A DNA stretch of 64,000 bases, from assembly GCA_965224025.1 (NCBI GenBank), contig OZ245033.1, positions 3,712,001 to 3,776,000 on the forward strand, read 5' to 3'. The DNA comes from Candidatus Multivorans sp. Lineage in GTDB: Bacteria; Acidobacteriota; Thermoanaerobaculia; Multivoradales; Multivoraceae. The position numbers and the translations under genes were made by a program. The notes below the pieces were generated by a model. That model was not told the DNA's origin. It searched no databases and saw nothing but the letters and a program-made list of their open reading frames with translations. This document shows positions 29,234-39,818 of this stretch, one piece after another (within the stretch, counting starts at the first letter, position 1; the number at the start of each line of letters is the position of its first letter).

Positions 29234-30427
29234 GTGACGACCGCCCTCACCTTCGGCCCCATCCGGACCCCCGCCGAGTTGGAAGCACAGGCCCACCACG
29301 AGGCCCTGGCCTTCAACACGCCCCATGACTCCTGTGTCGTCTGGCTGCGCTCCACCCGTGACCACGTGCGTGTCGTGCGCGCCGGCGACGAGGTCATCGG
29401 GGGGCTGGTCCAGTACGACATGGGGCAGTTCTTCGGCGGCAGGTCCGTTCGCAACATCGGCATCGCCGGCGTGGCCATCAGTCCCACGGCCCGAGGCCGC
29501 GGCGCCGCGAAGTCGCTCATGGCGGCAACTCTGAACGAACTGCACGACGCCGGCGTGGCGGTCTCGACCCTCTACCCCACGACCTTCACGCTCTACCGAC
29601 GCGCCGGCTACGCCGTCGCCGGCCATCGCTACCAGTACAGGTTGCCGCTCGCCAAGCTGGGCCGGATTGCGGCGGCCAGGGAGATCCGTCGTCTCGACCC
29701 CAAGCGCGACGCGGAGGCGCTCAAGCGTCTCTACCGCCGCCTGGCCTCGAACCGCCCCGGCTGGCTGGACCGCAATGAACACATCTGGGAACGGGTCCAC
29801 AACCACCCCGCCGGCCGCGATGTCCATGGCTACGCAGTCCCGGGCGATGACGGAATCGACGGCTACGTCGTCTACACCCAGGGTGAGGTGGCGCGCTATC
29901 CCTACGGCCTCCAGATCCGGGATGTCCAGGCCGCGAACCGCGAGGCGGCGCGCCGCATTCTGGCCTTTTTCTCCGACTGCCGCACGCTGGCGCGGCACGC
30001 GACCTGGTACGGCGCCCTGGACGATTCCCTGCTGCTCGAGGTGCCCGAAGTGGGCACGGAGATCTCGGTCGCCGAAACCTGGATGCTGCGCATCGTGGAC
30101 ATCGCCGCCGCGTTCACCGAGCGCGGGTATCCGCGGGACACGAGTGCCCGCCTCGAACTCGACGTGACCGACAACGTGGTCGCCCGCAACGAGGGACGCT
30201 GGATCATCGAGATCGAGGGCGGCAACGCCGACGTCAACCGTGCCGCCGGCGGGACCGGGCCCGACGTGCTGCAATTGGACATCCGCGCCCTCGCCTCTCT
30301 CTACACCGGACACCTCAGCGCCCGGCGCCTCGCCGACCTCGGTTCCGTGCAAGGATCAGCGGTCGCGCTGGACCGGGCCGAGCGGGTCTTTGCCGGTCCA
30401 CCGCCGGCCATGCCGGACTACTTCTAG
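29234..30427 (+). CDS. Eis-like GNAT acetyltransferase (GNAT-GNAT-SCP2)
   Basis: GIAGVAISPTARGRGAAKSLM, STLYP..LYRRAGY, WMLRIVD and LASLYTG motifs; C-terminal DYF. Confidence 0.9.
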   Translation: MTTALTFGPIRTPAELEAQAHHEALAFNTPHDSCVVWLRSTRDHVRVVRAGDEVIGGLVQYDMGQFFGGRSVRNIGIAGVAISPTARGRGAAKSLMAATLNELHDAGVAVSTLYPTTFTLYRRAGYAVAGHRYQYRLPLAKLGRIAAAREIRRLDPKRDAEALKRLYRRLASNRPGWLDRNEHIWERVHNHPAGRDVHGYAVPGDDGIDGYVVYTQGEVARYPYGLQIRDVQAANREAARRILAFFSDCRTLARHATWYGALDDSLLLEVPEVGTEISVAETWMLRIVDIAAAFTERGYPRDTSARLELDVTDNVVARNEGRWIIEIEGGNADVNRAAGGTGPDVLQLDIRALASLYTGHLSARRLADLGSVQGSAVALDRAERVFAGPPPAMPDYF

Positions 30428-30444
30428 GACGGAGACTCTCCAAC

Positions 30445-31389
30445 ATGGAACGAAGACGGAACTTCACGCGCATTGCACTCGTCCTCACCGCCGTGATGAC
30501 CCTCGCGGGCAACGCCCTGGCCCAGGACGCCCCGCCCGCGGAGACGCGCCTCGACACCGCCGAGATCGAGCCCTTTCTCGGCGAGTGGGTGCTGGAAGCA
30601 TTCACGGCTCAGGGCTCCCTGAACAGCCTGATCACCTTCACCGACGACAACGGCAAGGCCACCGCCGACTTCTACCTGGACCGGCTCGCCGACTTGACGA
30701 TCGAGAACATCAGCCTCACCGAAACCGGTGTCCTGCTGCTCTTCAACCTGGAGATCGGGGCTCAGGTGATCCCGGTCGAACTCGGGCTCGCCCGTGAAGG
30801 CGACGGGCTCGTGGGCGACCTGAGCGCCGCGTTCTTCGAGGCGGTCATCAAGGGCAGGACGAAGGAAGCGGCGGAGGCCGCCGGAATCATCGTTCGCAGG
30901 CACCCGGTCGGCGAGCGCGAGGACCTGTCCTCCTCGAGGATCGAGATCGCCGGCCAAGCGATCCGGCTGCGCTTCGACCGGCTGCCCGCGCCCGGGCCCG
31001 ACTACGACCGGATCGAGACCCTGACCGACGGCGCGGTGCTGGACCCGATCCACGGCAAGCCGTTCAAGTTCTGGACCGACGCCGACCTCGCCTTCGAGAA
31101 CGCGAAGATCGAGGCCCACAACCACGGCCCGACCTATCCCGGCGTCTACAGCCTGTGGCTCAAGCGCGAGAGCGACGGTTGGAAGCTGGTCTTCAACCAC
31201 CTCGCCGACGTCTGGGGCACGATGCACATGGCCGACCACGACGCGGGCGAGACCCCGCTCACCTTCCGTACCCTCGCCGAACCGGTGGAGCAGGCCGAGG
31301 GCGTGCTGGAAGTGGACGAGAACGGCGGGACGCTGGTGATCCGCTGGGGCTCGATGGAGTGGTCGACGCCCTTCCAGCTCGCCGAGTAG
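30445..31389 (+). CDS. Secreted DUF2911-like protein
   Basis: Signal peptide; PGVYSLW..WKLVFN..WGT..GGTLVIRWG C-terminal domain. Confidence 0.65.
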   Translation: MERRRNFTRIALVLTAVMTLAGNALAQDAPPAETRLDTAEIEPFLGEWVLEAFTAQGSLNSLITFTDDNGKATADFYLDRLADLTIENISLTETGVLLLFNLEIGAQVIPVELGLAREGDGLVGDLSAAFFEAVIKGRTKEAAEAAGIIVRRHPVGEREDLSSSRIEIAGQAIRLRFDRLPAPGPDYDRIETLTDGAVLDPIHGKPFKFWTDADLAFENAKIEAHNHGPTYPGVYSLWLKRESDGWKLVFNHLADVWGTMHMADHDAGETPLTFRTLAEPVEQAEGVLEVDENGGTLVIRWGSMEWSTPFQLAE

Positions 31390-31391
31390 GA

Positions 31392-31463
31392 CCTGGGAAC
31401 CCGGGCGGCGCGATCCGCGCCACCGGTGAACCACTGCGCCCGTCATCGGGCGCACGGATGGCA
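31392..31463 (-). repeat. REP-like palindromic repeat family A (inverted, partial)
   Basis: CCTGGGAACCCGGG..GCGCCCGTCATCGGGCGCACGGATGG; between convergent genes. Confidence 0.75.
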
Positions 31464-31475
31464 CGGAGCCGCCGG

Positions 31476-32675
31476 TCAGAGTTCGGCCGCGATCGGCGAG
31501 CCATCGTTCAGACTGTCGCTCGGATAGACGACGACCTGTTGGCCCGGGGCCAGGCCGGACAGCACCTGAGCCTCCTGCGGGTTGCGCTCGCCAACCTCAA
31601 TCGGCGTGAGCGCCGCCTTGCCGTTCTCGACCACGAACACCGCCCAGTCGTTGCCGCGCCGGAACAGGGAGCCGGTCGGAGTCTTCAGCTCGTCCTCGCT
31701 CTCCCAGACGACGACCCGGGTCTCGACGCGGAACCCATCGCCGAGACCGGTCCAGATTCTCGGCGGATCGGTGATGTCCATCACCACGTTGACGCGTTGC
31801 TCCTCGACCCCAAGCGCTGAGATCTTGGTGAAGCCCGAGGGCTCCACGCGTCTCACACGTCCCTGCAGCGGACGGTCGCCGCCCCAGCGATCGATGAGGA
31901 CCTGCTGGCCCGGCCGGATCCGCACCGCGTCCTTCGACAGGTAGTCGGTGACCACCTCGATCTGTTCCGGGTTGCCGACATCGAGCAGCGCTTCGCCGGC
32001 CGGAACGACCGACTCGCTCTCGCGCAGGCGCCGCAGCACGACGCCGGAAACCGGCGATGTGATTTCGATCGTCTCGCCGTCGGCGGCGGCGCTCCGGCCG
32101 CTGGAGTGCAGCAGACGCACGCGGGCCGCCTGCAGTCGGCTGAGCGCGGTTCGCACCGCGTACTCCGCCGCCTCCAGCGCCTCCTGGCGGGTGTCCAGGT
32201 CGAGTTGGGCGGTCTCCATCTGCTCTACGGACACGATCCCGTCACGCGTCAGCCGCCGGTAGCGCTCCACTTCGGCACGCGAGAAGGCCACCTCCGCCGC
32301 GGCCCGTTCGTAGTGCGCCTCGGCCTCGCCCACGGCCGCAAGCGCGGTCTCCACAGCGGCCTGCGCCTCCGCCCGGCTGCGGGCGTCCAGCAACACCGGC
32401 GCGGAGGGCAGGAACACGGCTAGCACGGTCTCGTTCGCGACCACGGTGTCGCCCGGTTCGAGCTCGATCCGCAGCACCCGGCCGCCAAGCGGCGCCGAGA
32501 TGACGAAGCGGTCCCGGACCCTGGTTTCGCCCTCCTCGTCGATCGTCACTTCGATCGGCCCGCGGACTACCTGGGACACTTCCGCCGGCACCGGCTGCGG
32601 CCGCGTGCCAAGAAACACCGCCGCGGCAGCCACAAGCGCTCCCACGATCCAGAGCGCCCAGCGCCGCGTCTTCAT
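31476..32675 (-). CDS. Periplasmic adaptor (membrane fusion protein, HlyD/MacA-like)
   Basis: N-terminal TM, ISAPLGG lipoyl halves, coiled-coil hairpin, FTKISALGVEEQRV. Confidence 0.92.
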   Translation of the reverse strand: MKTRRWALWIVGALVAAAAVFLGTRPQPVPAEVSQVVRGPIEVTIDEEGETRVRDRFVISAPLGGRVLRIELEPGDTVVANETVLAVFLPSAPVLLDARSRAEAQAAVETALAAVGEAEAHYERAAAEVAFSRAEVERYRRLTRDGIVSVEQMETAQLDLDTRQEALEAAEYAVRTALSRLQAARVRLLHSSGRSAAADGETIEITSPVSGVVLRRLRESESVVPAGEALLDVGNPEQIEVVTDYLSKDAVRIRPGQQVLIDRWGGDRPLQGRVRRVEPSGFTKISALGVEEQRVNVVMDITDPPRIWTGLGDGFRVETRVVVWESEDELKTPTGSLFRRGNDWAVFVVENGKAALTPIEVGERNPQEAQVLSGLAPGQQVVVYPSDSLNDGSPIAAEL

Positions 32676-32698
32676 CGCTTCATCGTCCTCAGTTCGTC

Positions 32699-35068
32699 CT
32701 ACTCGCGGGTCTTCAACACCGCGACCAGATCAAGGTCGTGGAGCTTACGCCGGACCGTCCACGCCGAGATCGCCATCGACCCGAGAACGGTCGCCGCGGA
32801 AACCAGGAACGTGTTCGCCTCGACCACCACGGGCAGCCGGAACAGCTCGCTCTCGAAAGCGCTCATCGCGCCGGCGATCATGCCGTATCCCAGGAGCAGA
32901 CCGAGCGGAATCGACGCCACCGTCAGGATGGCGAGTTCGCCAAGCAGGATCGACGAGATCTCGGCGCGGGTGAACCCGATCACCCTCAGGCTGGCCAGTT
33001 CGCGGCTGGTCTCGGAGAGTGAGATGCGCGCGGTGTTGTAGATCACGCCGAAGGCGATGATGACGGCGAAGAGCAGGTTCACGCCCATGATCATCGACAT
33101 GTTGTCGACCATGTAGGTCTGGATGTTCTCGAGGGCGGCGCTCCGCAGCGTCACGCCGGCCACCGCCGGCATCGCCTTGAGCAGCGCGAACAGCCGTTCC
33201 TCGGCCAGACTGTCGACCTTCAGCATCGCGCCGCTTACCGTGTCGTCGCGCCGCACCAGCCGCCGCAGCGACTCCTGTTCCATGTAGGCGGCCACTCCGA
33301 GCAGGTCGTCCACTGTGTCGGTCAGTACGACTTCGCGCACGGGCCGGGCCGCCTCCATGACTTCGACCACGAGCCTGTCGCCCGGTTCCACCTGCAACTG
33401 CTCCGCAAGCAACGTGGACAGGACGAGACCTGGCCGGTCGAGCTGGATGGCGCTGTAGTCGACATCGACCACGCGCCGCAGCCTGGCGTCGGGTGCGAGC
33501 GCCTGGATCGCGGTCTGCTTCTGCAGGTGGCCGTTGCGCAGCCGGGCCGCGACTCCGCTGGTCGGCTCCACCTGCATCACGCCGGAGAGAGCCGCGAGTT
33601 CGTGCACCGCGCTCCGTTCGACCGGTTCGAAGAAGCTCACCGACAGGTCCTGGCGCTGGATGATGTTGAACTGCACCTCGAGCAGTTCGTCCATCGAGTC
33701 CATCATCGCGCTGCCGACGACCATGATCGCGCCGGCGAAGGCGATGCCGACCACGGACAGTGCCGCGCGCAGCGGCCGGCGCGACAGGTTGCGGAGTACC
33801 ATGCGCGCCGGCTGCGAGAGCCACCTCCTGGCGCCCAGCCGTTCGAACAGCGACACCCGGAAGCTCTCCGGGGCCGCCGGGCGCATCGCCTCGGCCGGCG
33901 GCAGGGAAGCGACACTGCGCACGGCGCCGACCGCGCCCACCGCCGCCGCCGCGAAACTGACCGCGATGGCGATCAGGATGCTCGGAACCGACACTTCGTA
34001 GACCAGGAACGGAAAGCGGAAGTACTCCATGTAGAAGCCCAGCATGCCGTTCGCGAGCAACAGGCCGGCCACGATCCCGATAACCGAGCCGATCATCACG
34101 ACGGCGATCGCCCACTGAACGTAGTGAAGCCCGAGACGGGCGTTCGAGTAGCCGAGCGCCTTGAGTGCGGCAATCTGCTCCCGCTGCACGGCAACCGTCC
34201 GCCGGAGAACCACGTTGAGCAGGAAGGCGGCCACGCCGAGGAAGATCATCGGCACGATGAACGCCATGTTCTGCAGTTGGGTCAGCTCGTTCTGCAGGTA
34301 CCAGTGCGAGAGTTGGTCCGACCGCGGGATCGCGCCGAGACCGCCGTAGGTATCGAGAAGCGCATCGAGTTCAGTGATCGCGGCCCGCTCGGCGCTCTGC
34401 GACGAGCCGGTCAGCGCCAAGGCGACATCGTTGAAGCCGCCCTCCATCTCGAACGCCGTCGCCAGGTGCCGCCGGGACATCCACAAGAGGCCGAAGTGCT
34501 TCGGATCGGGGAAGAACTCGCCCGGACCGATGTTGTAAATGAACTCAGGACTCAGCGCGATCCCCACCACTTCCAGCGGCTGGCGCCGGCCATTGATCAC
34601 CGCGGCGACCCGATCGCCCAGGTCGAGGCCGTGGGCCTCGGCGAAGCGCTCACTGACCAGGGCCTCCTCCGCCCGGTCGGGGTCCAGCCAGCGCCCGCGG
34701 CGCAGGACCACGTCGTTGAGAACCGGACGGCCCCGTTCGGGCACCGAGATCAGCCGGCCGTTGACCGGCTCCGCGACGCCGGGCACATCGAGCGTGACGC
34801 CGGCGACCACCCGCGTCTGCACTTTCTCCACACCGGGGATCGCCTCGATCCGCTGCTCGACCCAGTTCGGCGCCCGCTTGGCGCCGGCGAACACGTCCGC
34901 GAAGGCGTACCGCGCGTAGTACGACGCCCGTGTCGTCGAAAGCGAGCCGAATACGCCGAGCGACATGACCAGCAGGGCGATGCCCGAGCCCACGACCAAC
35001 GAGATCGCCAGCACCTGGGAACGCACGTTCCACAGGTCGCGCAGGAGTTTGCGGTCGAGCGCTCTCAT
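32699..35068 (-). CDS. ABC transporter permease, FtsX/MacB-like (duplicated)
   Basis: RKLLRDL start, two MacB periplasmic domains plus QIAALKALGY / ELASLRVIGF motifs. Confidence 0.92.
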   Translation of the reverse strand: MRALDRKLLRDLWNVRSQVLAISLVVGSGIALLVMSLGVFGSLSTTRASYYARYAFADVFAGAKRAPNWVEQRIEAIPGVEKVQTRVVAGVTLDVPGVAEPVNGRLISVPERGRPVLNDVVLRRGRWLDPDRAEEALVSERFAEAHGLDLGDRVAAVINGRRQPLEVVGIALSPEFIYNIGPGEFFPDPKHFGLLWMSRRHLATAFEMEGGFNDVALALTGSSQSAERAAITELDALLDTYGGLGAIPRSDQLSHWYLQNELTQLQNMAFIVPMIFLGVAAFLLNVVLRRTVAVQREQIAALKALGYSNARLGLHYVQWAIAVVMIGSVIGIVAGLLLANGMLGFYMEYFRFPFLVYEVSVPSILIAIAVSFAAAAVGAVGAVRSVASLPPAEAMRPAAPESFRVSLFERLGARRWLSQPARMVLRNLSRRPLRAALSVVGIAFAGAIMVVGSAMMDSMDELLEVQFNIIQRQDLSVSFFEPVERSAVHELAALSGVMQVEPTSGVAARLRNGHLQKQTAIQALAPDARLRRVVDVDYSAIQLDRPGLVLSTLLAEQLQVEPGDRLVVEVMEAARPVREVVLTDTVDDLLGVAAYMEQESLRRLVRRDDTVSGAMLKVDSLAEERLFALLKAMPAVAGVTLRSAALENIQTYMVDNMSMIMGVNLLFAVIIAFGVIYNTARISLSETSRELASLRVIGFTRAEISSILLGELAILTVASIPLGLLLGYGMIAGAMSAFESELFRLPVVVEANTFLVSAATVLGSMAISAWTVRRKLHDLDLVAVLKTRE

Positions 35069-35099
35069 GAGCCGGCTTCGCAGCGCACTTTGTTCCGCC

Positions 35100-35849
<750 letters not shown>

Positions 35850-35944
35850 GCGGCTTCAAGCCCCCACGTCCGCCAGGATCGTCCGCCGACGGGAGGTGAC
35901 TGGACTGTCCGCGATGCTATCCCGTCGCAGCCCCGGACCCGGCC

Positions 35945-38110
35945 CTACGAAGGGGGCAGCAGCGCGTCGAAGTCCGGTGGCGCCGCGGACAGCTCCACGA
36001 TCATCTCCGTGAACTCCCCGGGCTCGGTGAACACCCGGATCGTGCCGCCGTGCTCGCGGACGATATCGCCCGAGAGCGCGAGACCCAGACCCGTACCCTC
36101 GTCCGTCGGCTTGGTGGTGAAGAACGGATTGAAGATCTTGTCCACGACCTCCGGCGGAATTCCGCTGCCGTTGTCGCGGATCCGTACTTCGACGCCGTCG
36201 TCCATCTTTCTCGTCATCACCGTGAGCGTCGGTTCGTAGGACTCGTCCGCCGTGCGCCGCTTCTCGTCGGTGGCGTAGCAGGCGTTGCTGACCAGGTTGA
36301 GGAACACCCGGCCCACATCCTGCGACACGACCTCCAGGGTGCCCAGGTCCGGGTCGTAATCCTTCTCGATCGTGACGTTGAAGTCCGGATCCGTCGCCCG
36401 CGCGCTGTGGTACGCCAGACCCACGTGCTCGTCGACCAGGCGGTTGATGTCGGCAGCCTCACGCTGCGCGGCGCCGCGGCCCATCTTCAGCATGTCGGTG
36501 ACGATCCGGTTTGCCCGCTCGCCGTGGCCCAGGATCAGCTTCAGGTTGCCGCTCAGGTCCTCGAAGATCTCCGCGATCTCCTCCCGCTGGTCTTCGGTCA
36601 GGCTGCCGTCCTCGTTCTCCTTCATGATCTCCTCGACTTCCTCGAGCAGTTCCGAGGAGACTTCCGAGAAGTTCTTCACGAAGTTCAGGGGATTCTTGAT
36701 TTCGTGGGCGACGCCGGCCGTCAACTCGCCCAGGGCGGCGAGCTTCTCGCGCATGACGATCTGGTCCTGCGCCTTCTGCAGGTCGGCCAGCACGACCTCC
36801 AGTTCGTCGTTCTTCTCCTTGAGCTCGTCGGCCAGCTTCTCGACCAGGTTCAGCCGTTGCACCTCGATCGCGTGCCGGCGGAAGACCTCGAGGGCCGCCG
36901 CCATGTCCGCGACTTCGTCATGCCCGCCAATGCCGATCTCGGCCTCCAGGTTTCCGCCGGCCATTTCCCGCATGCTGCTGGAGAGAGCCTCGAACCGGCG
37001 CACGAGCAGACGGCCTACGAACAGCCAGGCGATGAAGACCGCGCCGGCGATGCTGACGATGTTGAGCGCCAGCAGCAGGGCGCGGCCGGTGCTGATCGCC
37101 TGGGACGAGGCGAGGGTCGCCGCGTCGGCGCGGGAGAGGGAATCCGCGACCAGGTCCTCCACATCCGCGCCCAGGCTCAGTGCGAGGTTCTGGTTCTCCT
37201 GCAGCAGTCCCTGCTGTCGGTCAAACACGTCGACTTCCCGTCTTCGGAGGTCGAAAGCGGCCCGGCTCTTCCCGAGCATCTCGCCGAAGAGCGCCTTCAG
37301 GCGACCGGATGCCGCCGTCTCGTCGACCGCGCTCAGCGCGCGCTCGATGCTCGTCGCGGCGGACTCGTACTCTTCCTCGATCGGCTCGATCCGGGGTCGA
37401 TCGGCCAGTACCGCGAGACTGGCCAGGAGTTGATCGACGATCGTGATGTCCTGCTGGAGACCCACCAGCACGCGGTAGCGGTTGATCTCGGGCTCCGAGA
37501 AGTGAACGCCATGGGGAGCGGGCGGCTCGTCGAACGACCGGTAGCCGGTCATCGCGTAGAACAGTTGATCGTCGAGTGCGGGGACGAGCAGCGAGGCGAT
37601 CTCGTCCCGCAGCGGCGCGAGCTCGGCACGCAGCGCCTCGCTCGCCGCACCGAGTTCGAAGCCATCGGATACCGACTGCTGGATTGCCTCGATGTTCCCG
37701 ATCAGATCCCCGCCCCGCGCCTGTATGTTCGCGAACCCGGCTTCGTCGCGGAACGAGTCATCCACTCCGGCCTCCTGGCTCATCAGCCGTTCGAGTTGGG
37801 ACTCGAAGTCGCGGCGGGCCGGAGCGATCTCGTCCGCGGCGCGAAGCAGCTCGTCCTGCGTCGCGGATGCGGTAAGCCGCGGACCCGCGGCGACCAGCGT
37901 TCCGCTGCCGCGGGCGACACCGAACGCGGCCGCGAGTTCGGGCACGGTACCCTCGTTGACTCGGCTCTGCGAATCCCCAACCTGAGCGAAGGCGAACAGT
38001 GCCACCAGACTGGCCGCCAGAGTCAGCACGGCCGCGCCGCCAATGCCGACGTAGAGTTGGGTCGCGATCCGGAACCGGGCCTCGGCCAGCCTGCGGAACC
38101 AACCCATCAC
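35945..38110 (-). CDS. Membrane sensor histidine kinase (TorS-like periplasmic domain, HAMP, HisKA, HATPase)
   Basis: Two TMs, HAMP (GHDEVADMA), AHEIKNPLNF H-box, N/G1/F/G2 boxes. Confidence 0.92.
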   Translation of the reverse strand: MMGWFRRLAEARFRIATQLYVGIGGAAVLTLAASLVALFAFAQVGDSQSRVNEGTVPELAAAFGVARGSGTLVAAGPRLTASATQDELLRAADEIAPARRDFESQLERLMSQEAGVDDSFRDEAGFANIQARGGDLIGNIEAIQQSVSDGFELGAASEALRAELAPLRDEIASLLVPALDDQLFYAMTGYRSFDEPPAPHGVHFSEPEINRYRVLVGLQQDITIVDQLLASLAVLADRPRIEPIEEEYESAATSIERALSAVDETAASGRLKALFGEMLGKSRAAFDLRRREVDVFDRQQGLLQENQNLALSLGADVEDLVADSLSRADAATLASSQAISTGRALLLALNIVSIAGAVFIAWLFVGRLLVRRFEALSSSMREMAGGNLEAEIGIGGHDEVADMAAALEVFRRHAIEVQRLNLVEKLADELKEKNDELEVVLADLQKAQDQIVMREKLAALGELTAGVAHEIKNPLNFVKNFSEVSSELLEEVEEIMKENEDGSLTEDQREEIAEIFEDLSGNLKLILGHGERANRIVTDMLKMGRGAAQREAADINRLVDEHVGLAYHSARATDPDFNVTIEKDYDPDLGTLEVVSQDVGRVFLNLVSNACYATDEKRRTADESYEPTLTVMTRKMDDGVEVRIRDNGSGIPPEVVDKIFNPFFTTKPTDEGTGLGLALSGDIVREHGGTIRVFTEPGEFTEMIVELSAAPPDFDALLPPS

Positions 38111-39294
38111 TGCTCCGAACCGCCGAGACGCCTCGCGGGGCGGTAGCGGCCCTGTTCGTCGATCACGGTCAGAAACACGGCGTCCGACCCCTGGTTGTCC
38201 CCCTCGCCGAACGCGAGGCGAAAGCCCTCGAGATCAATGGTTCCGGCCTCGCGCAGGGCCTGAATGAAACGATCGCGATCGATCTCCGGCCCGCACATCT
38301 CGAGCGCCTCGAGCACTAGGCGTCCTGCCAGATACCCCTCGAAGGAGACGAAGCCGGGTTCCGCGCCGGCGGTATGCGACCGGAGCGCACGCCGGTAGGC
38401 GCCGGCGATTCGCGGACTTCCCGCAGTCGGAAACGGCACGACCTGGGTGACGTAGACGCCGGCGCCGGTGGGACCAAGCTCCTCCGCCAGGGCGTTGCTG
38501 CCGACAAAGGACAGGGTCATGAACACGGGGTCGAGACCGATGTGGCGAGCCCAGGCGATCAAGCTGGCGACCGGTTGGTAGGCGCCCACCATGATCACCG
38601 CCTCCGGCCGACCCAATCCGATGTCCACCAGCGCCGTCTTGACCGCGGTCGTGTTGCGTGGATACACGCCGATCGAGATCGCCTCCATGCCCCGCTTGTC
38701 GAACGCGGCGCGGACACCGGCGAGGCCGGCACGGCCGAATGAGTCGTTCTGGATGACGACCGCGATCCGCTCGATGCCGAGGTCCCGGGTCAGTCGCTCG
38801 ACCATCTCCTCCGTCTCCTGGGCGTAGGAGGCCCGGAGGTTGATCACGTGCGGCTCGTCGCGCAGAAAGCCCGCCCCGGTGAACGGAGCGACGTACGGCA
38901 CTCCCGCCGCCTCGGCCACCGGCACGGCTGAGCGGGAGGTCGGCGTGCCGACGCCGCCGACGAGTGCGAACACGCCATCCTCTTCGATCAACCGGCGCGT
39001 GTTGCGGATCGCCGCCTCCGGCTCGTACCCGTCGTCACGCGAAAGCAGCTCGAGGGTCCGACCGTGGACGCCGCCGGCGTCGTTCGCCTCCTTGAACGCC
39101 GCCTCGATGCCGAGCCGCATCCCCCTGCCGAGTTCGGCCGCGGGACCGATGAACGCGGCCGACTGGCCGAACAGGACGCGCTCGTCGGACACTCCCGGAG
39201 TCGCCTCCGGCCGTGCCCCGGCAGGGAGCGAACCGAGAATCACGATCGCGGCGCAGGCCGACGCGGTCAGGGCCGCCTGTGCATGAACGCGCAT
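38107..39294 (-). CDS. Periplasmic substrate-binding protein (branched-chain amino acid / LIV type)
   Basis: Signal peptide; GGVHGRTLEL..DDGYEP, GVGTPT and NLRASY motifs; overlaps the kinase start. Confidence 0.9.
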   Translation of the reverse strand: MRVHAQAALTASACAAIVILGSLPAGARPEATPGVSDERVLFGQSAAFIGPAAELGRGMRLGIEAAFKEANDAGGVHGRTLELLSRDDGYEPEAAIRNTRRLIEEDGVFALVGGVGTPTSRSAVPVAEAAGVPYVAPFTGAGFLRDEPHVINLRASYAQETEEMVERLTRDLGIERIAVVIQNDSFGRAGLAGVRAAFDKRGMEAISIGVYPRNTTAVKTALVDIGLGRPEAVIMVGAYQPVASLIAWARHIGLDPVFMTLSFVGSNALAEELGPTGAGVYVTQVVPFPTAGSPRIAGAYRRALRSHTAGAEPGFVSFEGYLAGRLVLEALEMCGPEIDRDRFIQALREAGTIDLEGFRLAFGEGDNQGSDAVFLTVIDEQGRYRPARRLGGSEQ

Positions 39295-39309
39295 CGGGCG
39301 CCGCCGGGT

Positions 39310-39729
39310 TCAACCCCGGCGCTTCACCATGGTCACGTGGTTGCGGCCGTCCTCCCGCCGATAGGACGCCTCGTCCATCAGCACCCGCACGAAGTGGACG
39401 CCGAGGCCGCCGATCTTCCGGTTCTCGAGCGCCGCGTCGATATCCGGCTCGGGAGCGTCGTGGAACGGGTCGAACGGCTTGCCGCTGTCGCGAACCTCGA
39501 TCCGGACATCCTCGTCCGTCGAGACGACCTCGATCTCGATCTCGCTGGTCCCCTCCTCGCCGCCGCCGTGACGAACGACATTCGTCGCCACCTCCTCGAG
39601 CGCCAAGACGACGGCGTACGAAACATCCGGCGCCCAGTCTTCCTCCTGGCCGAGCGCCTCCACGGCCTCGGAGATGCCCGGAAGCTCCTCGATCCGGTTC
39701 GGAACGCGCAGTGTGCGGTTAGTCCGCAT
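39310..39729 (-). CDS. Anti-sigma factor Ser/Thr kinase (RsbW-like)
   Basis: LEEVATNVVRHG, DSGKPFDP and IGGLGVHFV motifs. Confidence 0.9.
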   Translation of the reverse strand: MRTNRTLRVPNRIEELPGISEAVEALGQEEDWAPDVSYAVVLALEEVATNVVRHGGGEEGTSEIEIEVVSTDEDVRIEVRDSGKPFDPFHDAPEPDIDAALENRKIGGLGVHFVRVLMDEASYRREDGRNHVTMVKRRG

Positions 39730-39818
39730 ATCTCAGCAACCTCGGTACCGAGGGCGTGAAGGCGCCGCGAGCGGATCCGCGCTGCACCACGACCCGCGTG
39801 AGATATGCGGATTAGCGC